Part shown: positions 49,046-57,279 of the stretch, piece after piece
Layout of the letters: every line of letters begins with the position of its first letter
Numbering within the stretch: the stretch's first letter is position 1
IMG/VR virus record: IMGVR_UViG_3300021963_006667
Location: 1-57,279 of that record
DNA length: 57,279 nt
Direction: 5' to 3' (one strand)
DNA from: a virus
Taxonomy: Duplodnaviria; Caudoviricetes
Position numbers and translations under genes: made by a program
The notes under the pieces: model-generated
The model's database searches: none
Told to the model about the DNA's origin: nothing
The model's input: the letters and a program-made list of their open reading frames with translations, nothing else

Positions 49046-49621
49046 ATGGCACTATGTAAAATTCCAAAAACAATCACCTTTTCACTATCTGACGAACAAA
49101 AGTCGCACATTCAGTCTATGACTGAAGACATCTATGCATGCCCCGTAAGATCGCGCGGAAGAAGTTTCGACGCGGTCTATAAGTCTGTTAAAAACGGCGC
49201 GATCATGGAGTACGCGTTGGTTGCACAAGGAGCGGTAAAGAACGACGCGACCTTCGATCATACCGATCCGCTCACGTACTGTTGGGATGTATTTTGGGAT
49301 GGACTCAGGGCTGAAGTGAAGTGTTTTTACTTTGACGACACGATGTCGTGGGTAACTTTCCCAATGAAGTTTGTGCAGACCTTCATCAATACCACGAAGC
49401 GAGGAAAGAATCTCGTTGACATTATCATATTTGGGTATTATGATGAAACTCCAGAAGGAGTGATCACTGCGAAGTGGCGACTCATTGCCCCGAGCGATAC
49501 GTTTGCGAGTAAACTCAAGAAGTGTAACCCTACATTCAAAAGCAGCTTTGACCCTTACACCGGTGAACCGAAGTACTTCTATTCACATCCGTCAGAGTCA
49601 AGAGCAATATTCATTAAGTGA
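49046..49621 (+). CDS. denB: Endonuclease IV (DenB)-like nuclease
   Basis: DPLTYCWDV..GLRAEVK resembles the T4 DenB segment DPYTYAWDV...GLRVEVK as I recall it; PD-(D/E)xK pattern and similar length. Confidence 0.7.
   Translation: MALCKIPKTITFSLSDEQKSHIQSMTEDIYACPVRSRGRSFDAVYKSVKNGAIMEYALVAQGAVKNDATFDHTDPLTYCWDVFWDGLRAEVKCFYFDDTMSWVTFPMKFVQTFINTTKRGKNLVDIIIFGYYDETPEGVITAKWRLIAPSDTFASKLKKCNPTFKSSFDPYTGEPKYFYSHPSESRAIFIK
49416..49444 (+). promoter_or_regulatory. Internal sigma70-type promoter (TTGACA-17-TATGAT)
   Basis: Near-consensus; lies upstream of the DUF5664/dCMP hydroxymethylase operon. Confidence 0.6.
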
Positions 49622-49627
49622 GGTAAT

Positions 49628-49957
49628 ATGAAATACGACAAGGGTAAACCAAAGATCCATCTAGTTCCACCGGACGCAATCAATGCGATCGCAACCGTGT
49701 ATGGTTTTGGTGCAGAGAAGTATGGTGAGAATAACTGGCGTAAGGACATCCACAAGTATCCTTACTCTCGACACTACTCTTCGATCATGCGTCACCTTCT
49801 CGCGTTTCATTCTGGTGAGGATCTTGACCCGGAGTCTGGTCTTCCGCACCTTGCTCACGCGATGACTCAGATGATGATCCTTTATATGACGACTCTGGAA
49901 GCTCCAGAGATGGATGACCGTTTCAAACCGGAGGTTAAAGATGCAGAAGGTAAGTGA
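49628..49957 (+). CDS. DUF5664 family dATP/dGTP diphosphohydrolase-like protein
   Basis: KYDKGKP..HLVP, FGAEKYGENNWRK, RHL..F..GED.DPESGLPHLAHA motifs. Confidence 0.85.
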   Translation: MKYDKGKPKIHLVPPDAINAIATVYGFGAEKYGENNWRKDIHKYPYSRHYSSIMRHLLAFHSGEDLDPESGLPHLAHAMTQMMILYMTTLEAPEMDDRFKPEVKDAEGK

Positions 49958-50606
49958 TGTTCGTGCAAAACTCATCCAGAGTTACAAGGATCAAGACTTC
50001 GTAATCGATAAGACCGGAGTCAAAACGATCGAACTGATCGGCGAGTCGTTCATCGCAGATGAAGACTGGATCATCCGCAAGCCGAACTACGAGTACATCG
50101 AGCGTGAACTCGAGTGGTACAAGTCTCAATCTTTGTATGTCAAAGATATTCCTGGTGAGACTCCGACTATCTGGAATCAAGTCGCATCGAAGAGTGGAAA
50201 GATCAACTCGAACTATGGACAACTTATCTGGTCGAGTGACAACTTCAACCAGTATCAAAACGTCCTTAACGAGTTGAAGAAGAACCAGAACAGTCGTCGA
50301 GCCGTGATGATCTACAACCGTCCCTCGATGCACTATGAGTATAACGTGAACGGTATGTCGGACTTCATCTGCACGTACGCAAACACGTTCATAATCCGTG
50401 ACGACAAACTCATCAGTCACTATCTCATGCGTTCGAACGATGCGGTGTTTGGTTACGACAATGACGTTCATTGGGCAATGCATGTCCAGAAGAAGTTGGC
50501 TGCTGAGTTGGGTATCGAGTGCGGTAATATCATCTGGACAGCTACGAACCTTCACGTCTACGAACGTCACTTCAAGTTTATCGAGGAATTGATGGATGAG
50601 CATTAA
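49941..50606 (+). CDS. gp42: dCMP hydroxymethylase (thymidylate synthase superfamily, T4 gp42-like)
   Basis: INSNYG, SRRAVMIYNRPSM, SDFICT (catalytic Cys), MRSNDAVFGYDNDVHW with Asp at the dCMP-specificity position, and LHVYERHF. ATG 49941 follows GGAGG. Confidence 0.85.
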   Translation: MQKVSDVRAKLIQSYKDQDFVIDKTGVKTIELIGESFIADEDWIIRKPNYEYIERELEWYKSQSLYVKDIPGETPTIWNQVASKSGKINSNYGQLIWSSDNFNQYQNVLNELKKNQNSRRAVMIYNRPSMHYEYNVNGMSDFICTYANTFIIRDDKLISHYLMRSNDAVFGYDNDVHWAMHVQKKLAAELGIECGNIIWTATNLHVYERHFKFIEELMDEH

Positions 50607-51048
50607 GTGGGATCAGCGTTATCTCAAACTTGCACACGGTGTGGCTCAATGGTCGAAAGACCCATCAAGTAAGATCGGTGCAATAGCCGTTGGATCTAAG
50701 GGGCAAGTCCTGTCCCAAGGGTTCAACGGTTTTCCTCGTGGCCTAAATGATTACTCGCACAGGTTGGATGACCGCGAGACCAAATATAAGTACATTGTAC
50801 ATGCTGAAATGAATGTGATATATAATGCTACGTATAACGGTGTATCGTTAGATGGTGCAACTCTATACGTGTATGGCCTTCCAACGTGTTCAGAATGTGC
50901 AAAGGGTGTTATACAAGTCGGTATCGAACGAGTAGTTATGCCTAATATGGACATTCCGGATAAATGGAAAGAGTCGTGGCTATTAACTAAAAGCATGTTT
51001 GATGAGGCAGGCATTCGGTACGAGTTTATGGAATACAAACATGATTGA
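50596..51048 (+). CDS. cd: dCMP deaminase
   Basis: SKDPS.KIGA, GFNGFPRG, HAEMN and PTCSEC zinc motifs. Confidence 0.92.
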   Translation: MSIKWDQRYLKLAHGVAQWSKDPSSKIGAIAVGSKGQVLSQGFNGFPRGLNDYSHRLDDRETKYKYIVHAEMNVIYNATYNGVSLDGATLYVYGLPTCSECAKGVIQVGIERVVMPNMDIPDKWKESWLLTKSMFDEAGIRYEFMEYKHD

Positions 51049-52222
51049 GATGACTAAATACTATGACGAGTATCTTCGCTATTATGAGATGGCATTAGAT
51101 CAACAAATCAAGTGTAACACTGCTACTGAAGCTCCTTTCGGAATGATCGAACACGCCGACTCAGGCATGAACGATGACCTCATGGAAAAGGTTACACTCT
51201 ACGACGTCGTTGAACGTAAACTTGCAGGCTTTTCGCAGATCGTTAACGATTGTTTCTATGGATGGACTCCTGATCATCCTTACTGGCCGAAGATGCAGGC
51301 CGGAAAACACACGTACCAACGAGAGGTCGTGGCAAAGGCTTGGACAGGCAAACACTCTGACTTCAGCCTTCCAGAATGGCTTTACATCTTTATCCTCCAT
51401 CGTGTTTGTGGGTCTGCGATCAACTACGCGACTCAACCTTCCGGTTATCACAATACCATTCTGTTTAACCTACATCAGTCGAGAACCATCGAAGAGATGG
51501 CGGAGATGGTTACCACGTATCCATTCCCATTCTACACCTCGGTAGGTTATCAGTTCCCGGCGTTTCCAAAACCTCCGGCAGGTTCTCGGTACAAACGTGG
51601 TGGAGACTACTTCCTTGCAGAGTTTGCCCCTCGTCTTGCTCGAGAGTTGGCTGAATGGCTATGCATGACAGGAGAGAAGAAAGACCTTCGGGAGATCGGC
51701 GAGTGGATGTTTGAGTGGAACCGTAAGAACGGTCTTCGCGTCTATCAGTTCCAATACGCTGCGGTTCTTGCAGACATCGCTGACTGGTATCCACAATACG
51801 TAAACCTCGACAGCATGTTCTACTACGGAACAAACGCACGAGAGTGTATCTCCTACCTTGCGGTTCCTACGCAAAAGATGAGTCAGGACCAGTTCCTAGA
51901 CAAAGTCATGGAACGGATCTATCTCGATACAAAGTCTGTTCCGTACAACGCAGAAGACGTCTGCTGTGACTTCATTCGTTGGGTTGAGAACTACATTCGA
52001 CCGGGCGCGCACTACGATAGTCTAGACTTTGACTCTGTGTTCTCGAGTTGTAAGATTAAGGACCATCCGTTCGGCAGACAGAAAGCTATGTTGGATCTTG
52101 GGATCGTCAAGACCTTCAATGGAATGAAGGCACACCCGTCTGACGACAAGATCATCAAAGAGGCCGGTTTGACAATCGAAGAATACAAGAAATTAGTAGG
52201 AGCGCATTATGCCTCACAATAA
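51041..52222 (+). CDS. Putative DNA base hypermodification enzyme (aGPT-Pplase/amino acid:DNA transferase-like)
   Basis: The YDVVER, ILHR, QYAAVLAD, YGTNA..CI and AEDVCCDFIRW patterns resemble the family; it lies in the hydroxymethylase cluster. Confidence 0.5.
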   Translation: MIEMTKYYDEYLRYYEMALDQQIKCNTATEAPFGMIEHADSGMNDDLMEKVTLYDVVERKLAGFSQIVNDCFYGWTPDHPYWPKMQAGKHTYQREVVAKAWTGKHSDFSLPEWLYIFILHRVCGSAINYATQPSGYHNTILFNLHQSRTIEEMAEMVTTYPFPFYTSVGYQFPAFPKPPAGSRYKRGGDYFLAEFAPRLARELAEWLCMTGEKKDLREIGEWMFEWNRKNGLRVYQFQYAAVLADIADWYPQYVNLDSMFYYGTNARECISYLAVPTQKMSQDQFLDKVMERIYLDTKSVPYNAEDVCCDFIRWVENYIRPGAHYDSLDFDSVFSSCKIKDHPFGRQKAMLDLGIVKTFNGMKAHPSDDKIIKEAGLTIEEYKKLVGAHYASQ

Positions 52223-53096
52223 TCACGTTATGGATGGTATCAACAAAGACGCACAACTTTGGCCAGGATGCACCTACGAAGATGCAAAGGAATATTATCT
52301 TGACCTTGCGGCTGGATGGATTCCATACAACCCTGATCCGGTAGTAACCGTTCATGAGGGTGTTCGAGTTGTCCGTGATGACCTAATCGTTGGAACCAAG
52401 ACTCGAGCCGGTGACCTGATCGCATCCAAAACCAACCACAAAACGTTTGTTTACTCTCAACCGAGAACCGGTCTTGCAGGTGTATCTATCCTAGACGTCG
52501 CAAGACATCATGACCGAGAAGTTGTTTTGTTTATGCCTGCATGTAAGGAAATCTCTCACCATCAGGCATGTTGCATCGAACAAGGCGCAAAGGTACACTT
52601 CAAACGAATCGCAGCGATGCCTAACCTGAACAAATACGCGAAGGAGTGGGCAGAGGAAAATGGTGCGTACTTCATTCCTTTGGGGCTGAGACACGAACTT
52701 TCAACGGCAGCAATCGTTCATGCAGCCAACACCATCGATCCTCCAGACGAGGTCTACGTTGCAATCTCGACCGGGGTTCTTTCTCGGGCTCTTCAGATCG
52801 CGTGGCCTAACGCAAAGTTTACCTGTGTGGCAGTTGCAAGAAACCTTAAGGAAGGCGAACTCGGTAGAGCAAGCGTAATATCCGAACCTTTGCCGTTTAC
52901 GTCTCCTGAGCTTGAAAAGAACCTGCCCCCATTCCCATGCATCTCGACATACGACTCGAAGGTTTGGAAGTACATCCCAAAGAATAGCGGCAAAAATGTT
53001 CTCATGTGGAACGTCGGAAACGAACCGGTGTTGACAAATCCCGGTATATATAGTACAGTGAATTCTTACCGAGACTGGGAGAAAAATATAAAATGA
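52209..53096 (+). CDS. PLP-dependent fold type II enzyme (D-cysteine desulfhydrase/ACC deaminase-like)
   Basis: VVRDDL..GTKTR (Schiff-base Lys), YFIPLG, VAISTG loop and TYDSK. Confidence 0.75.
   Translation: MPHNNHVMDGINKDAQLWPGCTYEDAKEYYLDLAAGWIPYNPDPVVTVHEGVRVVRDDLIVGTKTRAGDLIASKTNHKTFVYSQPRTGLAGVSILDVARHHDREVVLFMPACKEISHHQACCIEQGAKVHFKRIAAMPNLNKYAKEWAEENGAYFIPLGLRHELSTAAIVHAANTIDPPDEVYVAISTGVLSRALQIAWPNAKFTCVAVARNLKEGELGRASVISEPLPFTSPELEKNLPPFPCISTYDSKVWKYIPKNSGKNVLMWNVGNEPVLTNPGIYSTVNSYRDWEKNIK
53031..53059 (+). promoter_or_regulatory. Sigma70-type promoter (TTGACA-17-TACAGT)
   Basis: Ideal spacing, ending 33 nt upstream of ATG 53093. Confidence 0.6.
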
Positions 53097-54169
53097 GAGT
53101 TATCGTCCATTCGCCAATTGGACCCATGTCGAAAAACCTTGCGTCACATCGAGCTGCACAAGGCGTAATCTATGCAGACATGCTTCGTCAGACCGGCCTT
53201 GACGTTACGGTCAACATGTCTCTTGACTGCTATTACGCCGACATGAATGAGTTCGACGCGCTGTATGTGTATCACGGTAACGATTGGAACGGAAGCCTTA
53301 ACCTGTTCGGCGGACTTCGTGAGTTTCAACACGTTCAAAACATCATCGACTTCTCGAAGTTCAAGGGTCCCGTGTATTCCTTGGTGATCCCGTCACCGGA
53401 CTACGTCAGCCTTATCGAGTCGAAGATGAAGTCGATGATCGACAAAGGCGTTCAAAACGAGATCGATCCTCGTTGGTATCAGGTGGACTATAATAACTGG
53501 AAACGGATCCAAGCCGCCCCAGTGATTGATCCGAATACTCTGTACAAGTCGACGAAGGCCGCGATGGGCGATAGTCACGCTATTAGCATGTATCGTCCTG
53601 GTTGGTTGATCAACTCCGTTCCGTTTAAGACTTTGCATGGTGCTTTGTCCATGGGACTTGAGTCGTTTCTACCGATTCAGGGCCAAGAGTACACCGAGTT
53701 GGAATACTACTTCGGTAACATCGACATCCGACATCACCTGATGCGTCAGGAAAATCCTGAAGATGCGACTCGTCGGTTGGTCAAACAGTACTTTGACGCT
53801 GCCGGTGAAGTAGGCAAGAAGTACAACGCAAAGGTAAAGTTGTACGCACCACTTCCGATCGAAAACATCCGCCGTGCGGTTCCAAAGACCGGACACTACA
53901 AGGGAACCGCGTACTTCGGTTCGTGGTCAGAACGGAACAACATCCGTGACGTGTTCATCGATGAGGCTTTGAAGCAACAGACTTCAGACGTTTCGCTGTA
54001 TCGTTGGAACGACCATATGCTCAACACTGAAGGCGAGATGGACTTCAAGTACATGGAACAACCCAAGTCTGTTCACCTGTCGCGCGAGCATTACCCCCAC
54101 TGGCAGGGTAAGGAATACAACAAGTCTCTGACGAAGCAACTCAGTTTGTTGGACTTCATCGATGACTAA
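53093..54169 (+). CDS. Hypothetical protein with a C-terminal SGNH-hydrolase-like domain
   Basis: AMGDSHA, YFGNIDIRHHL and SVHLS match SGNH blocks I, III and V. Confidence 0.55.
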   Translation: MRVIVHSPIGPMSKNLASHRAAQGVIYADMLRQTGLDVTVNMSLDCYYADMNEFDALYVYHGNDWNGSLNLFGGLREFQHVQNIIDFSKFKGPVYSLVIPSPDYVSLIESKMKSMIDKGVQNEIDPRWYQVDYNNWKRIQAAPVIDPNTLYKSTKAAMGDSHAISMYRPGWLINSVPFKTLHGALSMGLESFLPIQGQEYTELEYYFGNIDIRHHLMRQENPEDATRRLVKQYFDAAGEVGKKYNAKVKLYAPLPIENIRRAVPKTGHYKGTAYFGSWSERNNIRDVFIDEALKQQTSDVSLYRWNDHMLNTEGEMDFKYMEQPKSVHLSREHYPHWQGKEYNKSLTKQLSLLDFIDD

Positions 54170-55364
54170 AATCACACATGCGACCATCATTCCTCTGATC
54201 GGTGGAGAGGCGATTGCTTCTCAGCAGGTGTTTCATTCAAGACCGGAATACATCCTTTCTTACAGCGTGTTCAAAGACAACGAAAAGCATCTTCTGAACT
54301 ATTGGAACCACGAAGTCCCATACATCGTGCTAGACGAAGGTGGAAAGGCTCCTCATACTGTGGACGTCATGTCTTCCGTGTGCCCGTGCGGGGGACTCTC
54401 CATGCTTTCCGGAGATTACGGTGACGATAACGCCAACAACCAATGGATGATCAAAACCGCAGAGTACACCTTAGGCGTCGTTCGCCCTAAAGTCTTTTGG
54501 GGTGAAAACGCACCAGACTTCTCTGGACAAATCGGTAAGAACATCAGAGAAAGACTACGAAAGATCGGTAAAGACAACGGTTATACGATGAGCGTGTATC
54601 GTACCAAGTCGTTGTTTCATGGAGTTGCACAAGTCCGGGAAAGAACGTTCTACTTCTTTTGGAAGGGCGAAAAGACTCCGTTGTTGCACTACTTCAACAG
54701 GTCCTACCTCCCGATCGAAGACGTGATCCGTAACGTGTCGACGAACTTCCAACAGGATCCGATCAACAAGAACATCCCGTCAAAAAATCCATACTATCGA
54801 TACATCTTGGAGGTGATCCACGGTGGCATTAGCCATGCCGAGTTTTCACGTCAGGTAGAGTCTGCATCTGTACGCACCGCAGATAGCTATGGTTACATCG
54901 AAAGATCCGGATGCGACTATAAAGACGTTGCAGTATGGATGAAAGAGAACGGGTTCGATGACGAGGTGGAAAAATGCATATATAGAGCCGACAAACTCGA
55001 AAGAGGTTTAGAGGTGATGCATAGAGGCGTTACGGTTCCAAAGGACAGGATCGGCGCATTCGTTGGACACTATCCGATGATGTTGACCCATCCTGACTTG
55101 GATCGGTTCATAACCTATCGTGAAGCCATGACCATCATGGGACTCCCGTCAGACTTTGAGTTGCTGAACCCGAACACGACCACGAGAAACCATATCTGCC
55201 AAAACGTGCCGGTACAAACCGCATTCGATATGGCGTCAGAGGTGCTCGCGGTGTTAACCAACAAACGTACCATGTTAGACGTAGACTATCTATTGCAACA
55301 TAACGCGACCCAGTCTGAAGAGTACGAGACAACCGTTAGCACGTTGGACCAGTTCTTCACGTAA
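54162..55364 (+). CDS. DNA cytosine-C5 methyltransferase-fold protein with a degenerate SAM-binding motif
   Basis: CPC (IV), ENAP (VI), QVRERTF (VIII), RFITYREAMTIMGLP (IX) and QNVPV (X); motif I reads IPLIGG. Confidence 0.75.
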   Translation: MTKITHATIIPLIGGEAIASQQVFHSRPEYILSYSVFKDNEKHLLNYWNHEVPYIVLDEGGKAPHTVDVMSSVCPCGGLSMLSGDYGDDNANNQWMIKTAEYTLGVVRPKVFWGENAPDFSGQIGKNIRERLRKIGKDNGYTMSVYRTKSLFHGVAQVRERTFYFFWKGEKTPLLHYFNRSYLPIEDVIRNVSTNFQQDPINKNIPSKNPYYRYILEVIHGGISHAEFSRQVESASVRTADSYGYIERSGCDYKDVAVWMKENGFDDEVEKCIYRADKLERGLEVMHRGVTVPKDRIGAFVGHYPMMLTHPDLDRFITYREAMTIMGLPSDFELLNPNTTTRNHICQNVPVQTAFDMASEVLAVLTNKRTMLDVDYLLQHNATQSEEYETTVSTLDQFFT

Positions 55365-55367
55365 AGG

Positions 55368-55396
55368 TTGACATTTCTAACCATACGGTGTATAGT
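55368..55396 (+). promoter_or_regulatory. Sigma70-type promoter (TTGACA-17-TATAGT)
   Basis: Near-consensus, intergenic. Confidence 0.8.
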
Positions 55397-55436
55397 TACC
55401 ATTCATAGCTCGAATAAAGTGATTGAAAGTTTTAAA

Positions 55437-55871
55437 ATGAACAATGAGCAGTATAAATATAATGCAACCGAGACCGGTGCAGTTCGTGAAGGTCTCGGTA
55501 TTCCCTACACTCGGCATATTCCACTTGAGGCGGTTGCTGCCGCTGCGGCATCATTCGAATACGGTGCCATGAAATATGCCGATCGTAACTGGGAAAAGGG
55601 CCTTCCTTGGCAGCAGATGATCGACAGTCTTAAGCGTCACATCGAAGACTTCGAGAGAGGTAGCGACTATGATGACGGTGAAGACGGTTCTGATCTACAT
55701 CAGGTGTGTATGATCATGGCCTCGGCGATGATGTTGACCGCCTCAGTCGTACGTGGAATCGGTACCGACGATCGATTGCCTGCCGTTGATGAAAAGGCCT
55801 ACACTGCAAAACAATGTGCGAAATTCATTCGAGGCCAACTCGATAATGCAAGACCAGTGAAAGGCAAATAA
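55437..55871 (+). CDS. Second DUF5664 family diphosphohydrolase-like protein
   Basis: TGAVRE, FEYGAMKYADRNWEKG and SLKRH motifs. The start is set at ATG 55437, downstream of the promoter. Confidence 0.75.
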   Translation: MNNEQYKYNATETGAVREGLGIPYTRHIPLEAVAAAAASFEYGAMKYADRNWEKGLPWQQMIDSLKRHIEDFERGSDYDDGEDGSDLHQVCMIMASAMMLTASVVRGIGTDDRLPAVDEKAYTAKQCAKFIRGQLDNARPVKGK

Positions 55872-56800
55872 TGGAAATCAAGATCAACGTAGAAGATCTT
55901 CAAAAGAAAAAGCTGTTCATCGCAACGCCGATGTACGGCGGGCAATGTGCCGGCATGTTCACCAAGTCTACCAACGACTTGGCTATGGCATGTACGAAGT
56001 ATGGAATCGAGGTCCGATTCTATTACCTGTTTAACGAATCCCTTATCACAAGAGCACGTAACTATTGCGTGGATGAATTCCTGCGTAGCGACTGCACGCA
56101 CATGTTGTTCATCGACTCTGACATAGGGTTCAACTTTAAAGACGTCTTCACGCTTCTTCATCTATGTGAACCGTCGACAGGATTTGACATCGTAACTGGT
56201 CCGTATCCGAAGAAGACCATCTCATGGGAAAAGGTCAAGTCCGCAGTTGACCAAGGCTTTGGTGCACAGAACCCGTTTGAGCTTGAGAACTTCGTTGGAG
56301 ACTACGTGTTCAACGCTGCCGAAGGCATCACCGAGTTCCGTATCGACGAACCGGTAGAGATCCGTGAAGGTGGAACCGGGTTCATGATGATCCATCGGAA
56401 CACCTTCGAAAAGTATGCAGAGGCATACCCAGAACTCAAGTATCTCCCTGACCACGTTCGTACCGAACACTTCGACGGTACTCGTGAGATCACTGCGTTC
56501 TTCGACACGATCATTGATCCCAAGTCAAAGAGATACCTATCTGAAGACTACATGTTTAGTCAGTATGCACGCGAAGCGGGTCTGAAGATCTGGATGTGCC
56601 CGTGGATGCAACTGAAACACGTCGGAAGTTACACGTTTGGCGGTTCTATGTCTGCTATGGCAGCAATTGCAGCTTCTCCCACCGCAAGCGCTGCATCGAA
56701 TCAAAAAAACTATTTTACACCACCGCAAGATGATGTTAATATGAACAACACGCAACTCAACCGGCAGCAACGTCGCGCTGCCATGAAAAAAGGTAAATGA
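55871..56800 (+). CDS. GT-A fold glycosyltransferase-like protein
   Basis: LFIATPMYGG, NESLITRARN, FIDSDI (DxD), GTGFMMI and YLSEDY motifs. Confidence 0.7.
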   Translation: MEIKINVEDLQKKKLFIATPMYGGQCAGMFTKSTNDLAMACTKYGIEVRFYYLFNESLITRARNYCVDEFLRSDCTHMLFIDSDIGFNFKDVFTLLHLCEPSTGFDIVTGPYPKKTISWEKVKSAVDQGFGAQNPFELENFVGDYVFNAAEGITEFRIDEPVEIREGGTGFMMIHRNTFEKYAEAYPELKYLPDHVRTEHFDGTREITAFFDTIIDPKSKRYLSEDYMFSQYAREAGLKIWMCPWMQLKHVGSYTFGGSMSAMAAIAASPTASAASNQKNYFTPPQDDVNMNNTQLNRQQRRAAMKKGK

Positions 56801-56802
56801 TT

Positions 56803-57279
56803 ATGAAATTTAGTGCTGAAACCCTTAGTGTTTTGAAGAACTTCTCCCAGGTAAATCCTGGAATCGTGTTTAAACCGGGATCGGTCGTTAAGACCATCCA
56901 TCCGCAAAAGACCATCATGGCCTCTGCAACCGTCGCAGAGAACTTCCAGGCCGTGGCTCGCATCTACGACCTTTCGCGCTTCCTGGCAACCCTGTCGCTG
57001 TTTGATGATCCGGAAGTTGAGTTCACCGAAGATCGTTTCATTATCTCTTCTGGTAAGAACAAGGTGTCGTATACGTATGCAGCAGAAAGCATGGTCGTGT
57101 CCCCTCCGGATAAAGACATCAAGTTCCCTGACGCTGAAGCTACGGTCAACGTTAAGTGGAAAGAACTTGATACGGTTGCAAAGGCGGCAGGGGTTCTGAA
57201 ACTTTCTGAGATCGCCTTCATCGGAAACGACGGAACAATCTCTCTGTCTGCCGTCGACTCAAAGAACCCCACCGCTGAC
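56803..57279 (+). CDS. gp45: DNA polymerase sliding clamp gp45 (3'-truncated)
   Basis: Read manually: MKFSAETLSVLKNFSQVNPGIVFKPG...IYDLSRFLATLSLFDDPE. The frame is open to the end of the window. Confidence 0.9.
   Translation, partial: MKFSAETLSVLKNFSQVNPGIVFKPGSVVKTIHPQKTIMASATVAENFQAVARIYDLSRFLATLSLFDDPEVEFTEDRFIISSGKNKVSYTYAAESMVVSPPDKDIKFPDAEATVNVKWKELDTVAKAAGVLKLSEIAFIGNDGTISLSAVDSKNPTAD

Noticed and set aside
32047-50603. Minus-strand ORFs over 200 aa (32047-32667, 41316-42029, 49935-50603)
   Set aside because: Each lies fully antisense to a clearly identified gene (gp20, uvsW, gp42) and is explained by codon bias.
49941-50606. Ordinary thymidylate synthase (ThyA)
   Set aside because: The motifs match the gp42 type, and the specificity residue is Asp (GYDND) rather than the Asn of dUMP-specific enzymes.
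33473-55436. Upstream-extended ORF-track starts (33473, 36620, 48780, 49914, 50999, 55368)
   Set aside because: Downstream ATGs have better RBS or coupling, and the extensions overlap upstream genes or promoters.
1-57279. tRNA, rRNA or CRISPR loci
   Set aside because: Intergenic gaps are short (mostly under about 130 nt) and are accounted for by promoters and terminators. No cloverleaf or repeat-spacer pattern was seen by eye.

Overview
This window is a 57 kb, essentially all plus-strand segment of a T4-like myovirus genome. It has the gp13-gp23, gp3, uvsY, uvsW, gp55, gp47, gp46 and gp45 gene order and T4-type TATAAATA late promoters. From left to right it contains: (1) a truncated repetitive tail-fibre gene; (2) an ~11 kb enzyme cluster wedged between tail-fibre genes, with five radical SAM proteins (one cobalamin-binding type, two clear and one partial SPASM type, one divergent), a SAM methyltransferase, a DUF3050 heme-oxygenase-like protein, and two small proteins that share an ungapped motif ending in HxH and each sit directly before a SPASM enzyme; this is the best candidate for an undescribed system, a RiPP-like machinery that may modify virion proteins; (3) a block of tail-fibre and virion genes; (4) the neck, terminase, tail and head core, including repeat-built prohead core proteins; (5) recombination and late-transcription genes, with an HNH endonuclease inserted at the start of gp46 next to a duplicated gp46 N-terminus; (6) a nucleotide/DNA-modification cluster (DenB-like nuclease, dCMP hydroxymethylase, dCMP deaminase, aGPT-Pplase-like protein, PLP enzyme, SGNH-like protein, degenerate C5 methyltransferase, three NTP pyrophosphatases, a glycosyltransferase), ending in the truncated gp45 clamp. 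All product calls come from motif recognition by eye; no database searches were run.
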